Below, piece by piece: positions 52,034-64,000 of a stretch of DNA of 64,000 nt. Numbering within the stretch: position 1 is the stretch's first letter; each line of letters starts with the position of its first letter. A program made the translations under genes and the position numbers. This stretch comes from Trichinella spiralis. Lineage: Eukaryota. Under the pieces are notes generated by a model. The model was not told the origin of the DNA, ran no database searches, and worked only from the letters and a program-made list of their open reading frames with translations. The DNA lies in contig NW_003526943.1 in NCBI RefSeq assembly GCF_000181795.1, positions 10,722,789 through 10,786,788 of the forward strand, written 5' to 3'.

Positions 52034-55000
52034 TCAGCATCGGCCAAACATGACTTTTTTGACATCTTTCGTTTCTTCTACCGTCACTGAATAGTTCTGA
52101 CGCTGGTTGGATTCCAGTTTAGAGATCGACGGCTGTGATGACGCAGGAGTGGCCGGATTTGTGTTGACAAGCGTTGTAGAGCTACAGTTGCTGATACTCG
52201 ACACATTCGAACCGTCAAGGCTTTCATTCGATTTCTGATCATCCGGCTCTTTTTGCTTGTGTTCCTTTTTCCACTTCATGCGCCTATTTTGGAACCATAT
52301 TTTCACTTGACGTTCCGTAAGGCCAACATACTGGGCTAATTCAATCCGACGTCTCCTGGTCAAATAACGGTTGGTGAAAAATTCCTTCTCCAACTCGAGC
52401 GTCTGCGAACGATGATACGTTTGTCGACCTCGTTTTCTGGGACCCTCAGATCCGGTAACAACTAAACAAAAAACAAGCTGCTTACCTTGGCAAATCAAGC
52501 ATGCTTATTGAATACACGCTGCAATAGTTTCTCACAATTGCAAATACAAGAGCAAGTTTTGTAATTCATCATCAATTTATGTTAAACCACAGAACAACCT
52601 GTATTGTTCTAGGAAACTTTTAACAATTTCCTTAGAATTAGACTTATTCATAAAAGTTACTTATAAAACAGCAACGTGCAAAAAATAAAACTTGAGCAAT
52701 TATAATTTTATACAGCTATTTCTAGCTTCTAACTCTTTATCACAAGATCTTTTGAACAAGAAATTTTACTGTGTACAGCAAGCATGAGTAAGCTTCTGAA
52801 TAAAATTTACAAAGTAGAAAGTAAATTCATAAAGTGTGCACATTTATTGTTACTTTTATTTTAAAAAAATGATGTCAAAAAATGTCAAGCTTTCGTATAA
52901 GCAGAGTTACTTCATTCAATAAGGCTATTTGCATTACAAGTTGTATTTGTAATGTAATTTATGAAATTAAAAATGACCAATTTTAAGTTTTGTCAAAAAC
53001 GTTAGAAAATCATGCTACAGTAACCAACAAATTTTCTTCAAAAGTTCCGAATCATGCCAGCTGTCAGTATGTACAAATGAAAAAGTTCGACGATGCAGTT
53101 TTGCAACAACCTACGTGCAAAGACCGTGAACTGACAAAGTGATCGTCAATTTTGCCAGTATAATGATTCAGAGCGTGAAGTTACAAAATTAGACCGGAAG
53201 GATCGTCTGATTTCATACAAACATGATGCAGCAATCACACAGGAGAAAATAATAAACAGCAATTGCAAGTTTCAAATTTAGAAAAAAATCTTAGTGATTT
53301 TGATGCTGCTTTTAAATGAAGCTTTGAGGAATGATAATAAGAAGGTACTGTTTTTTTTTGAGTTGAAAATTTTCAACGCATCAATCTGTATGAATGAACA
53401 GCAGTCTGAATGTTTTTCAACTGTGGCTTTATTAAGCGTTGACTGCTCAGAAGTTAGTAAAGCTGAGAAATACTCAAGTCGTGAGAACAAAAAATTATCT
53501 GACATAAGGTGCATGATGAGAATATTGGTTTCGGCACTAGTGGACAATTTGACGTTTTAAAAGCTTGAACAGTAATGGGAAAAGTACGCAGAAAAAAGAA
53601 CGCGGAAAATGGAGAAGCTTTGAACGTTCCGCTCAATAAATTTCTTTGTCCCCATTAGACATCCAGAAATGACAAGAAATCAACGGCGGCGTCCTCTGTT
53701 TGGCAAAGGCTAGTGAGAACAAAACACCGCAACGCATCAAGGGCTACCCGGATGCCTGATTTATGTCCTCAGGATAGAAATGGCACCAACTCGAATGAAA
53801 AAAGGAAAAAAGAAATAAGCCAGGAAAGCAATTCCGGCAATATACAGTATGCATTACAATGGCGCGGTGTTCGGTAAATCAGTAAACCAGCAGGCAACAA
53901 CTGGGTCACCACAATACTACTTTGACCGTGGGGCAGATTTTATGACACCCATTAGCCTGACGACCACCTGCCGATTGGCTTGTAAACCATATTGCTCTCA
54001 CCACAAACTAGCTGAAATGGGCACCGATGCTTCTATGTTTTAATATTTTTACCAGACACCGTAATTGAATCAATCACCTGCTGCCAAACGTAACAGCAAA
54101 TAATGATTCAAAAATCATGCCAGCAACCAGCCACTTGCGCAGCAAATAAAATTGATTTTCACTATCGATTACTGTAAACCATTGAGGAAAAATACGCAAC
54201 GAAAATGGCTTAACCTCTGCACGCAATATTCAACAAGGGACCTAGTCAACTTATAATCAACATCATCCTTTTCCGGCACATGAAAATCATACTGTAAATT
54301 GTTTATTAATTTCTTAATGTTCAACAGAAATATTACTGCAAAAGTTATGAAAAAACTTGTTTTTTACGAAAGATTTGGAAAAATGATAATAAAATGTAAT
54401 TTTTCTTCCATAATATAATAACTTGGAACTTTCAAGTAATTTCGTTTCACAAAATAAGCATAATCAGTAGCATACGCTTAAAATATAACTTCACTAAAAT
54501 AACAATACAATGCATATACAAAACTACAATCACAGTGAATGAATTTCATATTTCATTTACTTTTGTTTCTTCACTTATGATGAATAAAAATTTCAACGTT
54601 TTATAACTTGATATCTTAACTTATCCTTAAACTCCTTTAAACATTATTTCATATAAGATTTCTTTAATTGAAATTTTATATCATGTCATAAAGAAATGCA
54701 TAACGTTATTTTATTATTCTGCACTTTATTGCTTTACCGTTCATAATAAATAAACCAGTACTGATACTTTTTTTGAAACAGAAATGGCAAGTTATGACAT
54801 GGTTTATGCATTTCACTTTATCAATTCACTGGTTCTCTTAAATTATAAATATAATATTAAATAAAAAAATAAACATCTGAATTCATATGTCATCTATAAA
54901 AGGCATAAAAGTAATCAAACTACCATTAAACGTGACAATAATTACTCATAAAAATAATTAGCTTAAGTTTGCCACTTTTAATTTAGGAAATGATTTTATA

Positions 55001-55232
55001 TCAGATAATCTGCAAATAAATAAAGACCATTTATTTTTATTTGTAAATGCATATAATAATAATACAAAAAGATGACAGTGCCAGAAAATTTCAATTATTA
55101 TTTAAATTATATTAATTTACTGTGAGAAGTTGAATAAAGCTGAGCAATTAAAAAATTATGGATTATGTATAAAGATGTCGATGATTTTACTTACATCTTA
55201 TTTCAAATGTATAATTATCAATCGTAAAGCAC

Positions 55233-55270
<38 letters not shown>

Positions 55271-58200
55271 GTAACACTTTTATACTTATGAAATAAAACA
55301 TTTGCTAAATCATTCTTTTATGAATCTGAAAAAAATCAGAAATCATATTGAATTGCATTTATTTTATTTATTTTGACACCAAGTGTATTTGCTTGCGGTT
55401 TTGCTTCATTTATTGCAACATTAAAGGGGAGGTTAATCATAGTGCAGAATAACTTGAAAGCTTTATAAAACAGATTTTGAAAAGTCGCTTAAAATATATT
55501 TATATATATAGAAATGGATATAACTCAAATATATACGTCAAAGGTATATACATGTGTATATATACAGATATAATTTTTATCAGGTTGTTTGTTTTACACT
55601 TAAATTGTATTTAATCACATCTCATTAGAAATTTAACTTCACATATTTACATTGTAAGTATGTCAATAAAGCAATAAAATGCATTTATAAAATAATTTCA
55701 GAAGCTTAAACAGACTGTATGCAAATATAACAATAAATATTTAAAATTAATTAAAAATAAACATAATATTTTGCATAATAATTATTTATTTATATTATGC
55801 AAAAACTGTAAAAATAAAAGTAAGATTCTCAATTTTATAACAATTAAACTAACTGAAATTTCTTAAACTGAAATTAACTGAACTAAGATAAATAATGAAA
55901 GCATTACATTTATTTGTAGATCATATAAACATATGATATTTTCAACCGACAAAAAATTACGTAAACTCTAAAACAAAATTAACAGAAACACCATAACTTC
56001 TAATGATTAGAAAATGAAAATTAATAGCCTCTTTTTAAATGACGTTTAGAAATTAATTTGTTTTTGAAAAAGTAGTATAAATTTAATAATCCAGATTATT
56101 TTTATTATTTTATTTGATTGTAATTTAAATAGTTGTGGTATTTAGCAAATGTTTTAACAAGTTGTTTATTCTTACAATTATCTATTTGTATTAGTAAATT
56201 ATTTTTTACAATTTAATTGGCTGAACAATTACTTGAACTTTTCATATTCTGAACTATGAAATGTAAAAAAATAAATTAATTATTTGAAAATTTACAAGTC
56301 ATCTAAAATAATACATAAAATATACATACACAAATATACAAATGCAATTATACATAAAATTATAAATAAAATAAGAAATTTTCAACGAAAATTTCAGTTT
56401 CCGCTTTCAATTAATTCACTTCATTTCCTTTCTCATATTTTAATTTTATGGCTAATGAACTTCCAATTATTCTAACATAAGCAATTTCATGTGCATCTTG
56501 CAACAGTTTTTAACTTGATTTCAATACTTTATCAAATATCATTTCAAAAGTATTTAAAAGTTTTATTTTTTCACATTTAAAAGTGCACCATTTGTATATT
56601 TAGAAACTGCAAAAAGTTTTTAAAACTGGTTTTTATTTATTTACAAGTAATATATTTACAGAATCTCAAAATGTACACCTAAATAAGTATACTTATATCT
56701 ACTGTCACCAAATTTAAATACTGCACTATCTGTATATATATATGTATATTCATTTCTTTTTTTCTATTTCGATGTTGTTAGTTAGATATCATTTAGCGAG
56801 TAAACAGAGTAATGTAATAAACACTTTATTTGATCATAAGTGCTTCTGATATATTTAAGTATAAGTAAGATTATGGCAAAAATGGAAAAAGCGTTTATCA
56901 TAAGGAACAATTTTTTGCAGCATTACGAAAAATATTAATTACCTCTACGCAGCAATGCTGCACTTCCTTTTACTAGTAAACACGACGCAACATTTCCGTA
57001 TTTTAAAACTTTACAATCTGCATGTGTACTCATGAATTAGCGTAATTATGAATAACATTCCTGAGCGTAACTTTAATTTAATAAAAAGTTAAACTAAATT
57101 CAATGAAGCATTAAACTGAAATTAAACACATTTTTAATCCAATAAAATCTGTATATTACAGTATAATTTTTCGTCTTTTTTTGCGTTTTATAATACTTTT
57201 TTCTAATTATGACAAAAAATTACCTAATATTAGATTTAACAAAGTATCTCATTTTTAATAGAACACATTTATAATCCGCTAGTCATTCTTTCAAAGCGCT
57301 TCATGTACATCCTTGTTAGCTGATTCACTAATTAAAAATACATTTACACTTAATTAAAATATTCTTTTATATTTGTATTGTAAAATCCAAATTTACAAAT
57401 GCAAAGCTCTTGAAGTTTAATTACTGTAACTTGTAAATTAATTTCGCACTCAACTTTTAACAATTTACTGCTTTGCATTTATTTTTTGCATCCAATGGTA
57501 ACTTTTAAACTTTTTTGAAGACCGTTAAGATTACACTGTTGTTAATAAATTTCGTTTAACGTCTTTACAGATATGGATATTTGAAATTATAAAATTATTT
57601 TATTTAAGTAGGATAAAACAAATAAAAGTTGTCAAGTAAAATATGGTTTAGTGCAAAATTAAGAAAAATGGTTTGGGGTATTCTCTCTAACGCACTATAG
57701 GAAAAACTTTAAAAAATGAATGGCGCTACACATTCTATATACGTAAAAGATGTGTTTTGAGACGTCTTCAAAAATATAAAGTTATTGAAAATCAATAATT
57801 TGCTATTTCTTTTGACTTCATTTGTAATAAAATTTTAAAATATACTAAATATAGTAAATATATAACTTTATTGATAACTATGTAAAATTTGAAGTCAACT
57901 TAACAACAATATAATATAAAAATAAAAAACTAATGTAATTATATTTTTAACAGTAATACTTACAAGATCTGGATATCCATGCATATGGTGGATAGCCACT
58001 CAATCCCATTAATTGCGTAGGCATGGTTTGCGCAGCTCCGACACCGGTATTAGCAAATAACATTGCGGAAGTTTGATGTGCCTGACTAGCATACCCATTA
58101 GCCGGCAAATGTCCATAAGAAGGTATAGGTGCTCCAGAACCCAAACAAGCAGAATTGAATGAATGTGCAGCTGATTGATGATGATAAGGGGAGTCACCTT

Positions 58201-58731
58201 CCAACTGCTGATTACTTGTTACTGTTCCCAGATTAATTGGTGCAGATGCAGTAGTAGCATTGCTTGGCAAAATGTTTGTTGGTGTTGGAGTCTGTTGAGT
58301 CTGTGATGATTCCCCAAAACGATCATAGCTACATTTTAAAAACAACACTAATTATTAAACTGTGAAAATGTGGATTTCAGATTTGATTACCTGCTTGTGC
58401 GAAGACTATAAGGATAATAGAAGTGATTCCATTTGTATTGGTCAGCACCGGATGTTGACGTAGCGTACGGTGAGCTTGCACTATTCGTAGCTGTAATGGA
58501 GCTTTGCACATTTTGTGTAGCTAGGATAGAAGCAGCTGATGGACAGACAGACTGTGCCGTCACCGGAGCTACTACATTCGAACTTGAAGCAGTGTGATGA
58601 TGCGTGTACTGGTCTGCGCTGGTATTACTAACACCGTTCACACTTGAAGACAATTCTGGCGGAAAATAGGAATTATGCGTAGCGGCGGCGGCGGCGGCAG
58701 CGGCGGCGGCCGCTTGATAAAATGTGCTCAT
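52034..58731 (-). CDS. Antp: Central-class Hox protein, Antennapedia-like (nematode ant-1-type), 3 exons, 377 aa
   Basis: Exon 1 (58731-58391) has MSTFYQ, a poly-Ala run and NSYF. Exon 2 (58328-57964) ends [11 protein letters not shown] 5502-nt intron follows. Exon 3 (52461-52034) gives [61 protein letters not shown]. The exons total 1134 nt in frame. Confidence 0.88.
53600..54290. promoter_or_regulatory. Candidate intronic enhancer in the Antp-like gene
   Basis: A non-coding block, more GC-rich than the surrounding intron, containing TGATTTAT (53757-53764), TTTTATGAC (about 53938) and several ATTA/TGACA cores. Confidence 0.35.
55237..55264. repeat. (AT)n microsatellite in the Antp intron
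   Basis: About 14 AT units. Confidence 0.9.
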
Positions 58732-58799
58732 CGTTGGCGAAAGGTAATTTGGTAGCACGTTTAGACCCGTTCACCGAATACTGAATGTTGTCGTTGAAA

Positions 58800-59080
58800 A
58801 TTTTACGACCACCACGACAGCGCAGTCGCCAATCAGCAAGTCCAATGTTGGACAAATGTAATGGCAACGAACACAGCAGCCGCCGGAGACCTAGCAGCTT
58901 ATTCGACCAACTTCAGCGGCTTGCTTTGATCTTCTACAGTAGGCCAAGGCGGACCAATAAATCACTAGCGCTTGAAGTGAAACGTCGCCGCCTAGTAGAA
59001 AAAAGCGACCTGATCAAGCAAGCAAGCAGGTGACAGCAACCACTAGCTGACCTTAGACACTTTTCTATGCCCCGCCTCCG
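58800..59080 (-). promoter_or_regulatory. Promoter/5' leader of the Antp-like gene
   Basis: A GC-richer block directly upstream of ATG 58731. On the + strand it shows CCAAT at 58829, 58842 and 58954, ATAAATCA at 58957-58964 and TTTTACGAC at 58801-58809. Confidence 0.45.
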
Positions 59081-62000
59081 TATAGTATAGCTGTTACAGA
59101 AATAAAAATTTTTTTAGCAATGTTCTATTGTACTAGAAAAACATAATATCGAAGTTAGCCAATAAGATTACAGTATCCTGCTCTTATACCTATGAACAAG
59201 CCAATTTGCTCTCTGATGAATATTTTAAATTTGTCTGTTTAATCTCAGGGGATGATGAAACTGTTTGCCAATGGTATGAGAGTAATTCTCACTTGCTGGA
59301 CCTTTACAAAGCTCAAGGGGTGTGTCGTTTGTTGCGAACAAATTTCATTACGTTGAATTCGCAGTCAATGACAAGCTTTTGCATTATGACTGATAAATTT
59401 TGTCAAAAAATTGTTGTAGAATTTATTCATAAATTCACAAAATGATTATACACTCTTTTTTGATAAAACTAGCCATCTGTTCAAAAAATAGTTTGATATT
59501 AAATGATAAATTACTGATGTGCATTAAAATTTAGCCAAATCACAATTTTATTTTCAAAATGTTTGTATAACATTATTTTGAAAAAAACAGCAACAAAAAC
59601 TCAATGAATAAATGAAATAGAATTGTTCTTTTTTGTTAATAAGCTACTTTTTCTAAAAAAAATAATATAAGAAACCACAAGTTTCATGCAGGAAGCACAA
59701 TGAAGTAGACTAGTTTGATAAAAATCAATTAAAAAAATGACAGTGTTAATGTAATGATTATTGCTAACTTAATTGAAATAACAACAACAACAGCAATAAT
59801 AATGATCATAATATCGATATGCATTAAACTGTACATCATGGCATAATACAACATCAGTAGGCTTGACAAAATTTTGTTTTTGCTTATAAAAATTTTTACA
59901 GATTATACATACTCCTATCCATACGGTTTTATTTCAAAACTAATTATTGCTTTAAAATAAAAATAATAGAATTTGTTTAACACGAAACATTATGTGAAGA
60001 AATTATGTAATGATACACAACAATTGTTCATGTATTTTATTCATGTTAAACAGCAACCTCATTTTTAATGCATATAATATTAAGCTCATTAATAGCAGTT
60101 TTCAACATCACTTGAAAACTGGAAGACAAGAACAGAAATGTTCCATCTTTTTTATATGTTAAATCAAAAACAAATGGTAGATGATGTCTTAAAGTTAGAT
60201 TTAATATTATTATACAAGTGAAATGTTAAAACTGCTGTTGCTAAAATTTCAATTTTAATGGAAAATATTATGCATGTAATGATTCTTTAGCAGCGTCAGA
60301 AAGTGCAAAACAGAGGCGCTAATAGCGCTGACAATGATAATCAATGCATGTTTAATACGATACATGCACACTGATAAGTTCTTTTCTTTGAACAACATGA
60401 GCATACTGTAAATGAAAAGTTTCATGACCTGAAATGAAAAACTAAAAGTGTGCTTGAAGAAAACAGTTTTTAACAAAAGAAAAGTTCTGCTTTACTTTTC
60501 AAACTATGTACAACAGAAAAAGAAACTGAATTGACCTTTCCTTCACCCAGTGTGACATCATGCAATTGAGATGAAAAACATTTTTTTTTCAGAACAGCAG
60601 TATCTGTACAAAACAGTGCGCTTTATAATAAAATAGTAGTTGTTTTGTTGCCGTTTTTTGAAATTAAGGTCAAAGCTTTAGAACTGTCGAGAGAGTTCTG
60701 TAAAAGTTTTAAACCTATGAGCGTTCATGCAATATTGTCTCACATCTCAATTAAAGTTCTAATCACTTTAGACAACTGTTAAGCAGAGAGAATGTTATTA
60801 TCTATAATAAAATAAAAAGCACAATTTTTCATATTACAGTATTTAATTTTTGACACTTTAAAGGGCACTTATAAAAAATACAAATCATTTATTTGTCACT
60901 ATTTTATAATAATGCACGTTAACGGTTACCAAAGGCAACGCTGAAGGGTATTTTTACTGCTCGTTAAAAGTAATTTGATCCTAGAAAAGGTAATCTAGCT
61001 GCAAAAGTCAATGGAATTATTGATTTTTTTTGCAACCAAGCCGTAAAAACTAAATGCGACATTTGATTTTCCATTATTCAAATTCAGCTACATGTCATTA
61101 CTTATAAAAAAACACCAAAATACTCACTTAACGCCTGCTTATTTTTCAAAACAAATGAAACATGCTTTTTATGCCATAGAATTCATAAAAGTATAATAAA
61201 CAATTTACTAAAAAAGCAGTGATAAAAATTTTACTATTGAAGTTTTACAATATAACACCTGAGTTTTGAAAACGTCTTTTAAACTTTTAAAATATAAAAG
61301 TTACGTTTAAGATCTTGCTGTGTGTTATTCATTGGTTTGACAACCTTAGTCACTAATCTTGTAATCACAAATAAGGTTCCATTACTATAAGAAACTCAAC
61401 ATTTTAATAATAAAGTTAATTTTCAAATAAATTTCAATGGACAGAAGTTTCAGTAACCTTTAAAAGTATGCTTTTTGATATAAAGAATCATTCATGCACA
61501 TTTATTCTAAATCTGAATTCTTTAAATGCTAAGTAATGCAATTCTGTGTCCTTTTAAAAACAGAATATTACTATGTTAATGTTATATTTTAATTAAAAAG
61601 AGTGAACGAGCAAGCTGTTACTACTCTTAAAATTCACCCGGGTTATGACGGTTATAAACAACAAATTTTTGTTGACAATAATGATTTGACACAAACAATA
61701 CTATGATTAGAGTTTACAAAAAAAACCACCTTTATTGTCAACTTTATAAATAAATGGAAGTTGCTTTTAAATGTGGATTAATTACGAATAAAAGTCAATA
61801 TTAGTGGAATAAATTTTAAAGACATAACAAGAGTAAACTGCATGTTTAACACTACTGAAACAGATTTGCGCGTAAAGTACAAAAACAATAAAACTATATA
61901 TTAGCTATATAACTTCCAGTACTTACAGTGATTACCAAAGCAATCTATTGGAATTATTAAGTTAGTTACAGCACTGTCTTTATTAGCAAATGTTTTAAAG

Positions 62001-64000
62001 AGCAGTAAATTTAAAAAATTTTGTAGCCATCTTGCAAATTTATCATGACTTTATTTTACATGAAGATGGCATTTAAAAGAATCACCACCACTACAGTAGG
62101 CAGTGCTATGCATTATTATTTGCAGAATATCCAGAAAAGAACAAAATAGCGTTTCATAGTAAATCTTATCAAAGTATACTATAAATAAAAAGATTTTTAC
62201 TATTATAATACATTTTTCACACTAAATATTACGTAAACGGAAAGTCAGCCTTTAATTTTGTATAACAGCCATTTGTTACAGTTAACATTAATTTCCTATT
62301 AATAGTAAACCTTAAATAAATGTACTTATTTTGCAAAATTATTCTGAAGTAATAAAACACTATAAAATGGTCAGGTTTTGATTGAACTTCATCAGTTAAT
62401 TGCACAATGCTTGATAAATTTGCTTTAAAATCAAATTAAGTGCATTTTTATGTACTTTTAAGTCACACCGTTTTAGCATGCTATTTTAAAAATTACTGTT
62501 AAATCTAAAATAAATGAAGCACTTATGAATTAGCGTTATTACTATTTTCTTTAAAAAAATAAAATTTCTAATTTCATGAAAGATATCATAGAATAACACT
62601 GCTTTGCAATTTCGAAGATATCATACTTTGACAGTAATGCAAAATGCTTATATCTCACTTACAGAAAATAAAACTGCTTAGGCAATATTAAATAAATTAT
62701 TTTCTAAAATCTGAATTAAAATTTGATCTTCAATAAATTGGAATGCTTTTGTAAGCTTACTGAAATGCATGCAGCAACTGGCATGCCTTCTAGTTTTCAA
62801 GTGAAGAACTCAAAAAATTTTACTTACATATGAATACTGAGAATATAATATAAATATAAACTATCATAGTTATTTTAAAAATAACACGAATCTTTCAAAA
62901 CTGTATTTACAATACACAGTTCTACATGCAATTTAATTGCTTCTAAAAAGATATCTTGCATATTACATTTTCATATTTTATAAATGGATTAGTAGTAAAC
63001 AGTTAACGTTTGGTTAATGCAAATTACACTAAATTATAAAATTTCTGTAAAATTAAGATAAGGGCCTTCTTGCACAGTAGACAAGTTTAGTCAGTATGTT
63101 AAGAAAATTTCAAATGCTGTGGGAGTTTCATTGATATAAGATGATACTCTTTAACAAATTTCAGTGCTACCTATTGTTAAGCAATATCAGATTTATGCAA
63201 GCAATGAAAAGGTTTTCAGCTAATTTTTTTCCAACGAAAAAAACTCTTTATCGTTTCACTAACAACTGCTCAGCATAATAACAAGCATGGTTAATAGTTA
63301 AAGTGACTTCCCATTCAAAGATAATAGGCTCATTATACCAAAACTTCCCAGATGATATCCGGGCATATCTTTTGTTTATTGTTGTTTAAATTGATGTAAA
63401 ATGGAAGTAAATTTCCATTATTTTTACAGAAACATACAAAAAGATGTTGAAACCTCATTTTACAGAAAATACGAGACTGTACTGCATTAATTTGAAAAAA
63501 TAAGTATTTCTTTTTATAAATTTACTTAGTACATAAAAATATGAAATAAACATTTGTTAAATGTTTATTGCAATAATTTATCCTTATATTCTTATTAGAA
63601 TAAAGTGTAATAGTTCGATTCACCGGTGAAAGCATAATGATTAAAATATGACATTAAAAGTGGTCAGCAATTACTCATGAAAATTTGACAACAATAATAA
63701 TGCAGTAAATAAAATATTTACGTTCAAAGCATTAAATGCAAATAATTTTACTTGAGAAATTTTTAGCCACATGCTATATGCTTGCCTTGTTAAGTCACAT
63801 TTCAGATTCTATGACTTTTTTAAAGTTTAATATACTGAAGAGTAAATAGCAACACAGCTTCAATAAATCAACACGCATTCTGATCTATAAAAGCAGTCAT
63901 TAAAACATTTAAACTGTTTAATATATAATAAAAGAAAAATATTTTTTTCTTATAGTTAACATAAAATGAGTACATCCATATATTTCCTTATTTATATTAT

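Noticed and set aside
52462..52485. Strong donor-like AAG/GTAAGC 24 nt upstream of the Antp homeobox acceptor
   Set aside because: A 24-nt intron is well below the smallest intron I reconstructed here (46 nt). The exon-2 donor at 57963 already joins in frame.
59206..60476. Short ORFs upstream of the Antp-like gene
   Set aside because: Non-ATG starts, no recognisable domains and no consistent exon chain. The region looks like Hox upstream regulatory DNA.
20400..64000. Search for mir-10/mir-57/mir-993 Hox microRNAs
   Set aside because: No ACCCTGTAG or GAAGCTCG-type mature sequence was seen on either strand by eye. A covariance-model search is needed to exclude them formally.
1..64000. CRISPR arrays, transposase/reverse-transcriptase ORFs, tRNA and rRNA genes
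   Set aside because: The sequence is eukaryotic. No regularly spaced repeats, terminal-repeat element, mobile-element ORF or cloverleaf was seen.

Overview
This is AT-rich eukaryotic genomic DNA with many 45-80 nt introns and TTTCAG/TTTTAG acceptors. That pattern fits a nematode, probably a clade I form such as Trichinella (inference only). Ten spliced or intronless protein-coding genes can be reconstructed by hand. In order: a co-oriented trio of CFDP1/BCNT, N4BP2-like and gamma-tubulin (+), a possible operon; a two-exon RFamide neuropeptide precursor (+), whose peptide exon (KR-YDLNSWEFMRF-GK*) is missing from the ORF track; the histone chaperone NASP (-); a lin-39/Hox4-5-like Hox gene (+); kynureninase (-); intronless SDS22/PPP1R7 (-); a GC-rich ASPP/ape-1 gene (+); and a divergent Antp-like Hox gene (-). 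The two Hox genes are convergent, with three non-Hox genes between them, so this is a rearranged piece of the Hox cluster. I found no supportable tRNA, rRNA, CRISPR array or transposon. Exon coordinates come from manual splice-site reading, not transcript data.
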